Source: Clostridia bacterium
Lineage (GTDB): Bacteria; Bacillota; Clostridia; Christensenellales; Aristaeellaceae
Reading direction: 5' to 3'
Length of the DNA: 24,000 nucleotides
Assembly: GCA_017459565.1 (NCBI GenBank)
Contig: JAFUCP010000084.1
Coordinates: 19,716-43,715 of the forward strand
Shown: piece by piece, positions 6,543 to 14,537 of the stretch
Position numbering within the stretch: position 1 is the stretch's first letter
How the letters are laid out: every line of letters begins with the position of its first letter
Program-made: the position numbers and the translations under genes
Notes under the pieces: generated by a model
Databases searched by the model: none
The model's input: only the letters and a program-made list of their open reading frames with translations
Told to the model about the DNA's origin: nothing

Positions 6543-8672
6543 TTACATCAGCGGATCAAGGCCCAGCACCGGATGGCCCTTTTCGGTCAGCCAGTTGAGC
6601 AGCTCCTCGGGGTCGGTGGTGACGGTTTCATCCGCGATCATATCCGCGAAGTTCTCGATGCCGTACAGCTCCTGAGCGGTCTTGTTCAGGCGCTCGGCCA
6701 CATCGTCCTTGAGTTCCTTGGGCATCCAGACGATGCGCTCCGTGCCGCCCTCGGCGGAGGCGAACTTCTTGGAGGCGATGAAATGGCGGCCATGGCCCAT
6801 GAAGCCCGGGGTCTGCACTCCGCCGCCGGTCATGGAGGCCAGCTCGCCGAAGGTCATGCCCGTGGGCGTCATGCCGCTGTATTCGCGGTTGCAGATGATC
6901 ACGCCGTTGGACAGGGGCTCGATGCCGCAAATGCACTCAAAGCAGCCGCAGGAGGTCATGGGGTCCTCCATGATGGAGTACAGCGTGACGTTTTCCACCG
7001 CGCCGTGGGTCGCCTGGGTGACGGCCTCGTTTACGGTGTCATAGCGACCCGTGCGCTCGTCGGTGCAGCCCACCTTGGCAATGGGCTGGCTGGGGCCGGT
7101 GGGGTTAAGCTGGTAGGTCGCCTTGGCGTCCAGCCAGGACACCGCGCCGCACAGGCCCAGGCGCTCCGGCGTGACCACGCAGCAGTGGGCGGGCGCGAAG
7201 CTCTGACACAGCGTGCAGGTGAAGAAGGTGTCCACGCTCTCGTCGGTCATGCTGGCCAGGCGATCGTCCCGGGCGCTGTAGGTGGGCATGGCCACCTCGT
7301 CCAGCACCTGCTTCGCCTTGGCGGGATCGGTCACCAGGCGCACCTGGCACTTGTCCACCACGGCGTCGAACTCGTTCATGATCATGTTATACAGTACTTC
7401 GCCGAAGTGGTTCAGCCGCAGGCCCTTTTCATAGGCTTCATTGGATATGCGGATGCGGAACTGGTTGCGCTGGCCGGTGTGCATCACGCCCTCCATATAG
7501 TTGAACCAGGCGTGGATCTTGCGTTCGATGACGGATTCGAAGTCTGCCTGCATCTTCGCGCCGGCCACTTCGACACAGGTCGCCAGTGGGAATTCGATTT
7601 CGCCGCAGTCGATATCCGGCCCGTCGATGACGATTTTGTGGTCCTCCACGGCATCGGCATCCACCATCTTCACGATCTCGCAGGTCACATTCTTGCCGCT
7701 GTAGAATTCCACCTTCATGTCCTTCTTGCGGATGATTTCGCCCTCAAAGGCGGAGGCGAAGGCCACGGGAATGGGCAGCTCGGTGACCTTGATCTTGATG
7801 TTGCGCATTTCCAGAGAGTGCTTGACGGTCTCGGCGTGGTCCAGCACGGCCTCCAGGGCGCCGGGCACCTGCAAATCGCCGATATCCTGGTCCACGATCA
7901 CCGGGAAGCCCAGCGCGATCGCGCCGGCTCCGGCGGAGACAACCACCTCGTTCAGCGCGCCGAAGGTGTTCACAAAGGCGGGCACGCGCTCCTTGGTGTA
8001 ACTCAGCAGCGCGCCCAAATCGCCGGGCTGCACGCCGCCGAAGATCAGCGCCGCGCGGATGGCGACGGTGACCACATGGATGACGGCGGTTACATCGTGG
8101 CCCAGGGGCACCACGCGGAATTCCAGGCCCAGCTTCACGCCGCCCTCGGCGCACTGTTCAATGACATCGCCCACCAGGAAGGTCAGGATGCCCTTGGACT
8201 GGTAATCCTTGACCACCTTCACCACGTCCGCCGCGTCGCCGGCCTTGCCCAGCACCACGGCCACGCCGGGAATATCCCCTGTTACCAGCGGAACGCCCAG
8301 GGAGCGGATGATGGGATCGGGCACGAAGCCAATGCCGGAATCCTCGGCATAGGGATCGCTGCCCTCGACATACTTGAGGCCTTCGATGATCTCCGCGCCC
8401 ACGGCCGTGGCCAGGCCCGCGTTCAGCGCGTCGCCCAGCTCCGGCTTATTGGAAATCAGGCTCTTCAGCACACCGACGCAGGCGGGCAAATCCGCCAGCC
8501 TGGCCACCTTGACGCCCGTAGCCGCATAAATGGTCGGAAAAAAATAGGCGGTATCCGGGAAGGCAATCTTCTGATCCGGGCCATATTTTTCAATGGCGGC
8601 GTTGACCGCGCCTTCGGTCAGACCGGCGACGGCGTTGGAGCCGGCAAAGATAAGATCCGTCAATGCGCTCAT
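6543..8672 (-). CDS. acsB: Acetyl-CoA synthase (A-cluster subunit of CODH/ACS)
   Basis: 709 aa. It carries the A-cluster ligand motifs FFTCTLCQSFAPAHCCVVTPERLGLCGA and SCGCFECICGIEP (Cys-Gly-Cys) and is collinear with AcsB along its full length. SD is gaacggaggatttatcATG. Confidence 0.95.
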   Translation of the reverse strand: MSALTDLIFAGSNAVAGLTEGAVNAAIEKYGPDQKIAFPDTAYFFPTIYAATGVKVARLADLPACVGVLKSLISNKPELGDALNAGLATAVGAEIIEGLKYVEGSDPYAEDSGIGFVPDPIIRSLGVPLVTGDIPGVAVVLGKAGDAADVVKVVKDYQSKGILTFLVGDVIEQCAEGGVKLGLEFRVVPLGHDVTAVIHVVTVAIRAALIFGGVQPGDLGALLSYTKERVPAFVNTFGALNEVVVSAGAGAIALGFPVIVDQDIGDLQVPGALEAVLDHAETVKHSLEMRNIKIKVTELPIPVAFASAFEGEIIRKKDMKVEFYSGKNVTCEIVKMVDADAVEDHKIVIDGPDIDCGEIEFPLATCVEVAGAKMQADFESVIERKIHAWFNYMEGVMHTGQRNQFRIRISNEAYEKGLRLNHFGEVLYNMIMNEFDAVVDKCQVRLVTDPAKAKQVLDEVAMPTYSARDDRLASMTDESVDTFFTCTLCQSFAPAHCCVVTPERLGLCGAVSWLDAKATYQLNPTGPSQPIAKVGCTDERTGRYDTVNEAVTQATHGAVENVTLYSIMEDPMTSCGCFECICGIEPLSNGVIICNREYSGMTPTGMTFGELASMTGGGVQTPGFMGHGRHFIASKKFASAEGGTERIVWMPKELKDDVAERLNKTAQELYGIENFADMIADETVTTDPEELLNWLTEKGHPVLGLDPLM

Positions 8673-8724
8673 GATAAATCCTCCGTTCTCTTTCTATCCC
8701 CCCGCGGGGGTTCTTTTTGCTAAT

Positions 8725-8753
8725 ATTATAAACCCTGTCGCGCCGGAAATCAA
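8725..8753 (-). promoter_or_regulatory. Internal sigma-A promoter for acsB (TTGATT-17-TATAAT)
   Basis: Minus-strand reading: TTGATT (8753-8748), spacer tccggcgcgacagggtt, then TATAAT (8730-8725). The predicted 5' UTR contains a perfect 12-nt palindrome, CCCCCGCGGGGG, at 8699-8710. Confidence 0.55.
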
Positions 8754-8786
8754 GCGTTTGCGGCACGATTGTCCGCGCGCCGCGGT

Positions 8787-8828
8787 CCAACAAAAGCAGA
8801 GGCCCCGCCGAAACGCTCGGGCGGGGCC
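8787..8828 (-). terminator. Rho-independent terminator or attenuator after acsE
   Basis: 9-bp GC stem GGCCCCGCC/GGCGGGGCC (8801-8809 / 8820-8828), followed on the minus strand by UCUGCUUUUGUUGG. It begins 19 nt after the acsE stop. Confidence 0.5.
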
Positions 8829-8846
8829 CCTGCCGTTGGGCAGCGC

Positions 8847-9632
8847 TCAGATCTCCAGATAGGAGTCCGCGTACAGGTTGTTGTTCTTGATGATATCGCA
8901 GGTCTTGACGGTCTCCATCAGGCGCTGATCGTTGGGATTCACGATGGCGGAGGTCAGGCCCTGCATCATGGCCATGGCCAGCATGCAGCTGTCGAAGATC
9001 GGGCGGATGTGCTTGGGCATACCATTGGAGTTATTGGACAGGCCGCCGGTGGAATTCAGGCCCATTTCGGAGAACATCCTGATGGCCTCCAGAACCTCCA
9101 TCTGCTTGTCCTGCATACCCTTCACCACCAGGAACAGCGGGTCAAACCACAGGTCCTCCGCCTCCATGCCGTGCATCAGGCCTTCCTCCAGCATCCGCTG
9201 GCAATGGGCCATGCGCTCATCGTTGTCGGAGGCGATGCCGTTGGCGGAGCAAAGCGCGATGACGATGGCTTCGTTGTTGGCGGCCAGCTCGATGCGGTTG
9301 AAGCGATCGCCGGCGTCCGCGGAATTCACGATGGGCTTGCCCTTGGAACGGTTGTACACCTGGATGCCGGCCTCGATGGCCTTCATGTTGGAGGTATCCA
9401 GGGCCAGCGGCACGTTGTCAAAGCGCTCCTGGAGCAGCTTGACGGCCCACTGCATGATCTCTTCGCCGTCGGACTCGGCGGGGCCGATGTTCACGTCGAT
9501 GTAGTTTGCGCCGGCCTTGAGCTGCTGTTCACAGCGAAGCAGGATGGGTTCCGGGTCGCGCTCTGCGAAAGCCTTGCGGATGGACGGAGCGGTGACGGAA
9601 ATGCGCTCGCCGATGGTGATGAATTTTGCCAT
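8847..9632 (-). CDS. acsE: Methyl-THF:corrinoid/iron-sulfur protein methyltransferase
   Basis: 261 aa. Pterin-binding TIM-barrel sequence MAKFITIGERI...AGANYIDVNIGPAE...LALDTSN, of AcsE length and in AcsE context. SD is ataggaggaaaacaacATG. Confidence 0.93.
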   Translation of the reverse strand: MAKFITIGERISVTAPSIRKAFAERDPEPILLRCEQQLKAGANYIDVNIGPAESDGEEIMQWAVKLLQERFDNVPLALDTSNMKAIEAGIQVYNRSKGKPIVNSADAGDRFNRIELAANNEAIVIALCSANGIASDNDERMAHCQRMLEEGLMHGMEAEDLWFDPLFLVVKGMQDKQMEVLEAIRMFSEMGLNSTGGLSNNSNGMPKHIRPIFDSCMLAMAMMQGLTSAIVNPNDQRLMETVKTCDIIKNNNLYADSYLEI

Positions 9633-9668
9633 GTTGTTTTCCTCCTATGTTCAATAATGGTTATGCCA

Positions 9669-9695
9669 AACCGATGCGGCAGGGCCGCATCGGTT
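9669..9695 (-). other. Perfect 11-12-bp hairpin (AACCGATGCGGc-agg-gCCGCATCGGTT) in the acsC-acsE spacer
   Basis: The inverted repeat is read directly from the sequence. There is no clear U-tract on the minus strand. Confidence 0.4.
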
Positions 9696-9704
9696 CAAAA
9701 CCCA

Positions 9705-11051
9705 TTAAGCGGAGAAGTCCTTGATGAACTTGACCAGCTGAACAGCCTCCATCGGGCCCACCACAACGTTCCAGCCGGGCAGCTTGGCCTCGATTTCGCC
9801 CTTCATCACGGCAACCTTGCCGGGGATGATCAGCGTGCGGGACTTGATCTTGTTCTCGATATCGGCCTCATCAAAGAACTTCTTGATGGTGCCCGCGGAG
9901 AACTTGCCGGCCGCCCAGGCGGTCAGCACGGACATGCCGCTGGCATCGGTGATCAGCAGGTTGACCGGGCACTTGGACCGCTCATACTCGCCGGACACCA
10001 GGAAGTAGGTCAGCGCGAAGTCCACGGTCAGGGAGCAGACGGAATTCTCATCCGCGCCGTTGAGGGCGTAGATGCCGGGCTCGACCTTCATGGGCTTCTG
10101 CGGGTCGGTAAAGATATTCTGGCGCAGGCCGTACAGCGCCAGCGCCTCGGCGTAGGTCATGTTCTCCATGACGATGATGGAGCCGTAGCGCAGCGTGAAG
10201 GCCGCGGCCAGGGCGGTCTGCATGTGCAGGTCCCCGGCGGCGATCCTGGCCAGGTTTACGATGGAGGGATAGCCCAGGGAACGGTCCTGATCCTTCAGAT
10301 TGCCACGGCGCACCATGACGGCGTTGGCGAAGGTCTGCTTCGCGTCCGCGCCGGTGCAGTCGATGACCAGGTTCTTGTTGCCCTTGCCCTCCAGGGCCTT
10401 GATGTTATCATAGATTTCGTTCATGTCCGCGCCGCAGACGCCCAGGGTGACGCCCGCGCCGGTGGCGGCGGCGTTCATGGCCTCAAGGTTGTCCTTGTTC
10501 GCGCCGTTCAGAATGGGCTTGCCGGCCTTGCAGATATCCAGCGCGGCCTTCGCGACGTCCGCGTCGGCGCAGTTCAGCACCAGCGCGCGCTGGGCCTCGG
10601 CAGCCTTCTTCACCAGCGCCACATAGGCGTCGGCGCCGTTTCCGGCATAGTTGAGGAACAGGAATTCCACATACTCGCGCTCGCCGATGCGCTCATAGTC
10701 GACCTTCTTGATCGCCTCGAGCTTGGCGTCCACCGCCGCGTCGTCCATATCGGAATCCAGCGTCACGGCGAACAGGTTGCGGTTGACCAGCGTCTTTTCA
10801 TGGCGGAACAGCACGGTTTCGCCGCCCAGCTTGTGGGCGCAGTCGCCCGCGCCGACCTCGATGGTCTTCATCAGGGGCGCGGTGGCCTCGGACAGCGTGG
10901 CCAGAGCGTCGGCGGACATATAGGGGCACTTTTCAATCGGCAACGCGCCGGAGGCGACCTTCATGGAGAACGCCATGCAGGTGGGGCTGCCACATTCCTT
11001 GCAATTCTTTTTGGGGGTCAGCTTAAAAATGTCAAGACCTTTCAGAGCCAT
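9705..11051 (-). CDS. acsC: Corrinoid iron-sulfur protein, large subunit
   Basis: 448 aa. The N-terminal [4Fe-4S] motif is KKNCKECGSPTCMAFSMKVASGALPIEKCPY (C-x2-C-x4-C-x16-C). SD is gggaaggaggatattaaccATG. Confidence 0.93.
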   Translation of the reverse strand: MALKGLDIFKLTPKKNCKECGSPTCMAFSMKVASGALPIEKCPYMSADALATLSEATAPLMKTIEVGAGDCAHKLGGETVLFRHEKTLVNRNLFAVTLDSDMDDAAVDAKLEAIKKVDYERIGEREYVEFLFLNYAGNGADAYVALVKKAAEAQRALVLNCADADVAKAALDICKAGKPILNGANKDNLEAMNAAATGAGVTLGVCGADMNEIYDNIKALEGKGNKNLVIDCTGADAKQTFANAVMVRRGNLKDQDRSLGYPSIVNLARIAAGDLHMQTALAAAFTLRYGSIIVMENMTYAEALALYGLRQNIFTDPQKPMKVEPGIYALNGADENSVCSLTVDFALTYFLVSGEYERSKCPVNLLITDASGMSVLTAWAAGKFSAGTIKKFFDEADIENKIKSRTLIIPGKVAVMKGEIEAKLPGWNVVVGPMEAVQLVKFIKDFSA

Positions 11052-11073
11052 GGTTAATATCCTCCTTCCCCGC

Positions 11074-12018
11074 TCACATCAGGCTATCGATGAACTTTGC
11101 GATGGTGGCGACAGCGGCAGGGTGCTTCATGATGACCAGATTGGAGCCGCCCACAAGGCATGCGGAGGCGGTACACACTTCCATCTCGATGCCGCGCTCG
11201 TCGAGGGGGCCCCATTCGGGGGATTCCTCTTCGGGTGACATGGATTCCTTGACGCCCCAGGTTTCAGGAGAGATGGGGGTCACAATGGGCATCTGAAGCT
11301 GCGCGTCGCTCTGGGCCAGAGCGGCGGCCTTCACGCGGTCCAGCGTGGAGGAGAGGTATTCAAAGCCATAGCCGGCGGCGGACGAGCCCACGTTCATGCA
11401 GACGCTCTGCGCGGGCACGCCCAGCTGGCTCAGCAGCACGTTGAGCTGCTTGGCCAGGTTGATATCCACGGCGGATTCCGCACCGACCTTCTGGTTATAG
11501 GCCAGGCCCGCGGAAGCGCCGACGGTCTTGTAATTTTCCTCGCGGGAGGAAAGCACCAGTATGTTCTTTCCCTGAAGCGCTTCGGAAATGGCGGAGAACA
11601 GCTCCGCGTCCTTTTCGATGTTCTTGCAGCCCATGACGATGATGGGCATGGAAACGGCCTCGGCCACGGCCTTGGCCACGGCGACGCAGTCCGCCACGGA
11701 GGTATTGTCGCCATTGGGGTCCGCGCTTTCAAAGTGCAGACAGATGGCGGATGCGCCCTCCATCGTCTCGGCCTTTTTGGCCATATCGACGACGGTCTCG
11801 CAGCCCTCATAGAACTTGAGCAGGCCGGGCGAAACGATGCCCGCAAGGCCCTTGTCGCTGATCTCGATGGCGATCTTGGGCTTGTTCTCAATGGGCGCGT
11901 CGAAGGTGTAGAAGGGCAGAACATTTTCGCCGCCGATCACGATGCTCTTGTCGCCCGTGCCGAGGGTGACCGCATTGATCCTGGCGTTGAACGCCTGCTT
12001 TTTCGGAGTGAAAGCCAT
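11074..12018 (-). CDS. acsD: Corrinoid iron-sulfur protein, small subunit
   Basis: 314 aa with a TIM-barrel-like sequence. It ends 22 nt before acsC starts and sits at the canonical position between cooC and acsC. Confidence 0.88.
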   Translation of the reverse strand: MAFTPKKQAFNARINAVTLGTGDKSIVIGGENVLPFYTFDAPIENKPKIAIEISDKGLAGIVSPGLLKFYEGCETVVDMAKKAETMEGASAICLHFESADPNGDNTSVADCVAVAKAVAEAVSMPIIVMGCKNIEKDAELFSAISEALQGKNILVLSSREENYKTVGASAGLAYNQKVGAESAVDINLAKQLNVLLSQLGVPAQSVCMNVGSSAAGYGFEYLSSTLDRVKAAALAQSDAQLQMPIVTPISPETWGVKESMSPEEESPEWGPLDERGIEMEVCTASACLVGGSNLVIMKHPAAVATIAKFIDSLM

Positions 12019-12049
12019 GATTGTATTCCCCCTGTCAGTGTCATTGCCC

Positions 12050-12069
12050 GGAGGCGCTTGTGCGCCTCC
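12050..12069 (-). other. Perfect 8-bp hairpin (GGAGGCGC-ttgt-GCGCCTCC) in the cooC-acsD spacer
   Basis: Read directly from the sequence. It touches the cooC stop codon and has no U-tail. Confidence 0.4.
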
Positions 12070-12842
12070 TAAAGTTTAAGGTCCTCCATGATTGATTTCA
12101 GCGCGGCCTTCACCGGGGCGTCATCTGGTACCTTGGCGCTGGGCTTGCCTTCGCAGTCGTACTCATAGACGGTATCGTCCTGCGGCAGCACGCCCGCCAG
12201 CTCCAGTCCGTGCTTTTCAATCTCTTCCTTAACCCCGTCGTTCAGGCTGCCGCCCGGCGCGCGGTTAACGATCAGCTTCATGGTGCCGGGCTTCAGCTCC
12301 AGCGCGTTCACCATTTCGGCGATGCGCGCAGCGGCCTGGATGCCCCGGCGGGAGCAGTCGCTGATGAGCAGGAGCGTATCCACATGCGGCAGCGTGCCGC
12401 GGGCGATATGCTCCATGCCGGCCTCATTGTCGATCACCATATACCCATATCGGCCGTAATACTTGTCGATCTGCGTCTTGAGGACGCCGTTGACATAGCA
12501 ATAGCAGCCCTTGCCCTCCGTACGGCCCATCACCAGCATGTCGAAATCGTCCTCTTCGATCAGCGCGGTGTTGAACTTGTACTCGGCATACTCCTGCTTG
12601 GTCATGCCGGCGGGGATGGGGCTGACAGGCATAAGCTCCGCATGGGCCATTTCCTCGCGGATGGAGCCCAGCGTGGTCTCCACCTCGACGCCCAGCACCT
12701 CGTTCAGGTTGGAGTTGGCGTCCGCGTCCACCACCAGCAGAGGGCCCTTGCCCTTTTGGGTCAGATATTCGATGATCAAGCCGCAGGTGGTCGTCTTTCC
12801 GACGTCGCCCTTGCCGGCCACAGCGATGACATGTGTTGACAT
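12069..12842 (-). CDS. cooC: CooC/AcsF-type nickel-insertion ATPase for CODH/ACS
   Basis: 257 aa. It has a deviant Walker A (AVAGKGDVGKTTTCG) and the metal-bridging C-x-C motif (GKGCYCYVNG). SD is cgaggaaaacaATG. Confidence 0.9.
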   Translation of the reverse strand: MSTHVIAVAGKGDVGKTTTCGLIIEYLTQKGKGPLLVVDADANSNLNEVLGVEVETTLGSIREEMAHAELMPVSPIPAGMTKQEYAEYKFNTALIEEDDFDMLVMGRTEGKGCYCYVNGVLKTQIDKYYGRYGYMVIDNEAGMEHIARGTLPHVDTLLLISDCSRRGIQAAARIAEMVNALELKPGTMKLIVNRAPGGSLNDGVKEEIEKHGLELAGVLPQDDTVYEYDCEGKPSAKVPDDAPVKAALKSIMEDLKL

Positions 12843-12865
12843 TGTTTTCCTCGATTCAGGACAGA

Positions 12866-13795
12866 TCAGATCAAATCGACGATGCCGGATTCCTTCACCA
12901 GGCGGGTCACATCCTCATACTTGTTGAGGGCGTAGAGGTGAATGCCGTCGATGCCGCAGACCCTGTATTCGTCGATCAGACGGATGGTGTATTCCATGCC
13001 CGCCTCCTTGAAGGCAGCCTTCTTCGCGGCGATGGATTCCTCGCTCTCGTTGGGCGCGAAGGGATTCGGGAAGATCCAATTTTTGGAGATGATCTCAGCC
13101 AGCTCCCTGGGCATGACGCAGCCGTTGCGGCTGAGCGCCATGTTGATGGTGGCGGCGGCGTCCAGCACAGGCATGATGCCCACGTCCACGGGCATCCAGA
13201 TGCCGGCGGCGCGGATGGCGTCCATCCACCAGCGGAACTGGTCCATGTCCCAGCACAGCTGGGTCATGATATAATTGGCGCCCTCGTCCTGCTTCTGCTT
13301 GAGGAAGGAGATGTCCGCTTCGATGCTGCGGCAGGAGATGTGGCCCTCGGGAGAGCCGGCCACCGCGATGGTGAACTTATCGCCAAACTCCTTGCGGGTG
13401 AACTTCACCAGCTCCGTGGCATAGTGCAGATCTCCGCCCGTGCCGGTCCAGCCGAAGGGGATATCGCCGCGCAGGGCCAGCATGTGGTCGATGCCATGGT
13501 CCAGGTAGTTTTGAAGCTGCTGACGGATGCCTTCCCTGTTGTTGGCCACACAGGTAAAGTGCGTCACGGGGATGCACTTGCCGTCCTTTTTTATTTTGTC
13601 AAGAACCTCCAGGTTTTTGCCCACATTGGTGCCGCCCGCGCCGTAGGTGCAGGAAATGTAGTCGGGCTTCAGTTCATACAGATGGTCCAGCACGCCGCCG
13701 TCCCCGCACAGCTTTTCCATGCCGACATCGGTTTTGGGCGGAAATACCTCGAAGGAAAAGCCCATGCGCTGTTTGAGGATGTCCGTTACATTCAT
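12866..13795 (-). CDS. metF: Methylenetetrahydrofolate reductase
   Basis: Track ORF trimmed to the ATG at 13795 (SD tgggaggacgattaaacATG); 309 aa. MTHFR motifs present: FSFEVFPPKTD, CTYGAGG, ALRGD, TQLCWD. Confidence 0.9.
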   Translation of the reverse strand: MNVTDILKQRMGFSFEVFPPKTDVGMEKLCGDGGVLDHLYELKPDYISCTYGAGGTNVGKNLEVLDKIKKDGKCIPVTHFTCVANNREGIRQQLQNYLDHGIDHMLALRGDIPFGWTGTGGDLHYATELVKFTRKEFGDKFTIAVAGSPEGHISCRSIEADISFLKQKQDEGANYIMTQLCWDMDQFRWWMDAIRAAGIWMPVDVGIMPVLDAAATINMALSRNGCVMPRELAEIISKNWIFPNPFAPNESEESIAAKKAAFKEAGMEYTIRLIDEYRVCGIDGIHLYALNKYEDVTRLVKESGIVDLI

Positions 13796-13874
13796 GTTTA
13801 ATCGTCCTCCCAAGCCAAATTGTTACATTTCAGTGTCGCGCGTCATATAAAAAACCACGCAATTACACAACTAT

Positions 13875-13903
13875 ATAATACCACAAACCCGTTGATTAGG
13901 CAA
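13875..13903 (-). promoter_or_regulatory. Candidate promoter for metF-cooC-acsDCE (TTGCCT-17-TATTAT with TGn)
   Basis: Minus-strand reading: TTGCCT (13903-13898), spacer aatcaacgggtttgtgg, then TATTAT (13880-13875). It lies in an AT-rich island. Confidence 0.45.
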
Positions 13904-13952
13904 GCACCCCGGGAAGCATTGCGACATAATTTGAGCAAAATTAATATGATCG

Positions 13953-13976
13953 GATAAAAAGGATTCTCATATCCTC
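13953..13976 (-). terminator. Weak terminator-like stem (AGGAU-augaga-AUCCU + UUUUUAU) overlapping the stop of the 75-aa ORF
   Basis: The stem is only 5-6 bp, but a clear U-run follows on the minus strand. Confidence 0.3.
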
Positions 13977-14194
13977 GTGAAGAGAAACCTCTGTCTGAGG
14001 CCGCTCAGGCTGACAAACACGGTGAGGTTATCCGAATCCTTCTGTTCCACGGTCAGCTCGTCCGGCATTTCACCGAGAAGGCCTTTGACATAGCCCACCG
14101 GGTCGTCGGTCTCGATCTCATCGAAAAAAACATCCCGCATTTGATTGCCGGAGCAGCTGTTCTGTATCTCACGCACCACTTCGTATTCCGCCAT
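13967..14194 (-). CDS. Small acidic hypothetical protein (75 aa)
   Basis: Track ORF 13967..14299 trimmed to the ATG at 14194, which is preceded by AAGGAGGG. Sequence MAEYEVVREIQNSCSGNQMRDVFFDEIETDDPVGYVK..., with 15 D/E versus 7 K/R. I recognise no family. Confidence 0.55.
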   Translation of the reverse strand: MAEYEVVREIQNSCSGNQMRDVFFDEIETDDPVGYVKGLLGEMPDELTVEQKDSDNLTVFVSLSGLRQRFLFTRI

Positions 14195-14250
14195 AACACC
14201 CTCCTTGCGCATATAAAGAAGGCTGTCTGAAGGCTCTACGCCGATTTCGG

Positions 14251-14286
14251 AAAAATCTGCGGGTCCGGCGTCCCTGCCGCCCCCGC
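14251..14286 (-). terminator. Intrinsic terminator/attenuator between cooT and the 75-aa ORF
   Basis: The minus-strand RNA GCGGGGGCGGCAGGGACGCCGGACCCGC forms 9 bp of GC pairs with a 3-nt bulge, followed by AGAUUUUU. Confidence 0.5.
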
Positions 14287-14332
14287 GTTCCATCCTCAAC
14301 GGTACAGCATTGCTTCAGACAGCTCCCTCGGT

Positions 14333-14533
14333 TCAGGCCAGCGCCGCCCTGGGGCGCACCACCACCGTGCCGCCGGTCAGATCGGCCAGCGCGATTTCGC
14401 CCTCAATGACCTCTTCCCGGCCCATGATATCGGTCAACGTGATCACGCCGTCCTTCGTCTGGATGAGCATGACGTTTTTCAGCACTTCGTTTTCAGGCTT
14501 TTTTTCAATTTTGTACACCGTTGAAAGGCACAT
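14333..14533 (-). CDS. cooT: CooT-family nickel-binding chaperone
   Basis: Track ORF trimmed to the ATG at 14533 (SD gagaggagatatagacagATG); 66 aa. MCLSTVYKIEKKPENEVLKNVMLIQTKDGVITLTDIMGREEVIEGEIALADL... has the N-terminal Met-Cys2 and the size and beta-rich pattern of CooT (PF10133 type). Confidence 0.8.
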   Translation of the reverse strand: MCLSTVYKIEKKPENEVLKNVMLIQTKDGVITLTDIMGREEVIEGEIALADLTGGTVVVRPRAALA

Positions 14534-14537
14534 CTGT

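Noticed and set aside
8699-8718. CCCCCGCGGGGG followed by ttcttttt as a plus-strand terminator
   Set aside because: No plus-strand gene ends here, and the palindrome leaves at most a 4-nt loop. I interpret it instead as an element of the minus-strand acsB leader (see findings).
6087-8723. 878-aa plus-strand ORF, briefly considered as the missing CODH (acsA)
   Set aside because: It is exactly antisense to acsB, the ferredoxin gene and the 5' end of the DUF3786-like gene. It has none of the Cys clusters of CooS/AcsA and is an antisense artefact.
8769-11057. 762-aa plus-strand ORF
   Set aside because: It is antisense to acsE and acsC, both of which have strong sense-strand signatures and SD sites.
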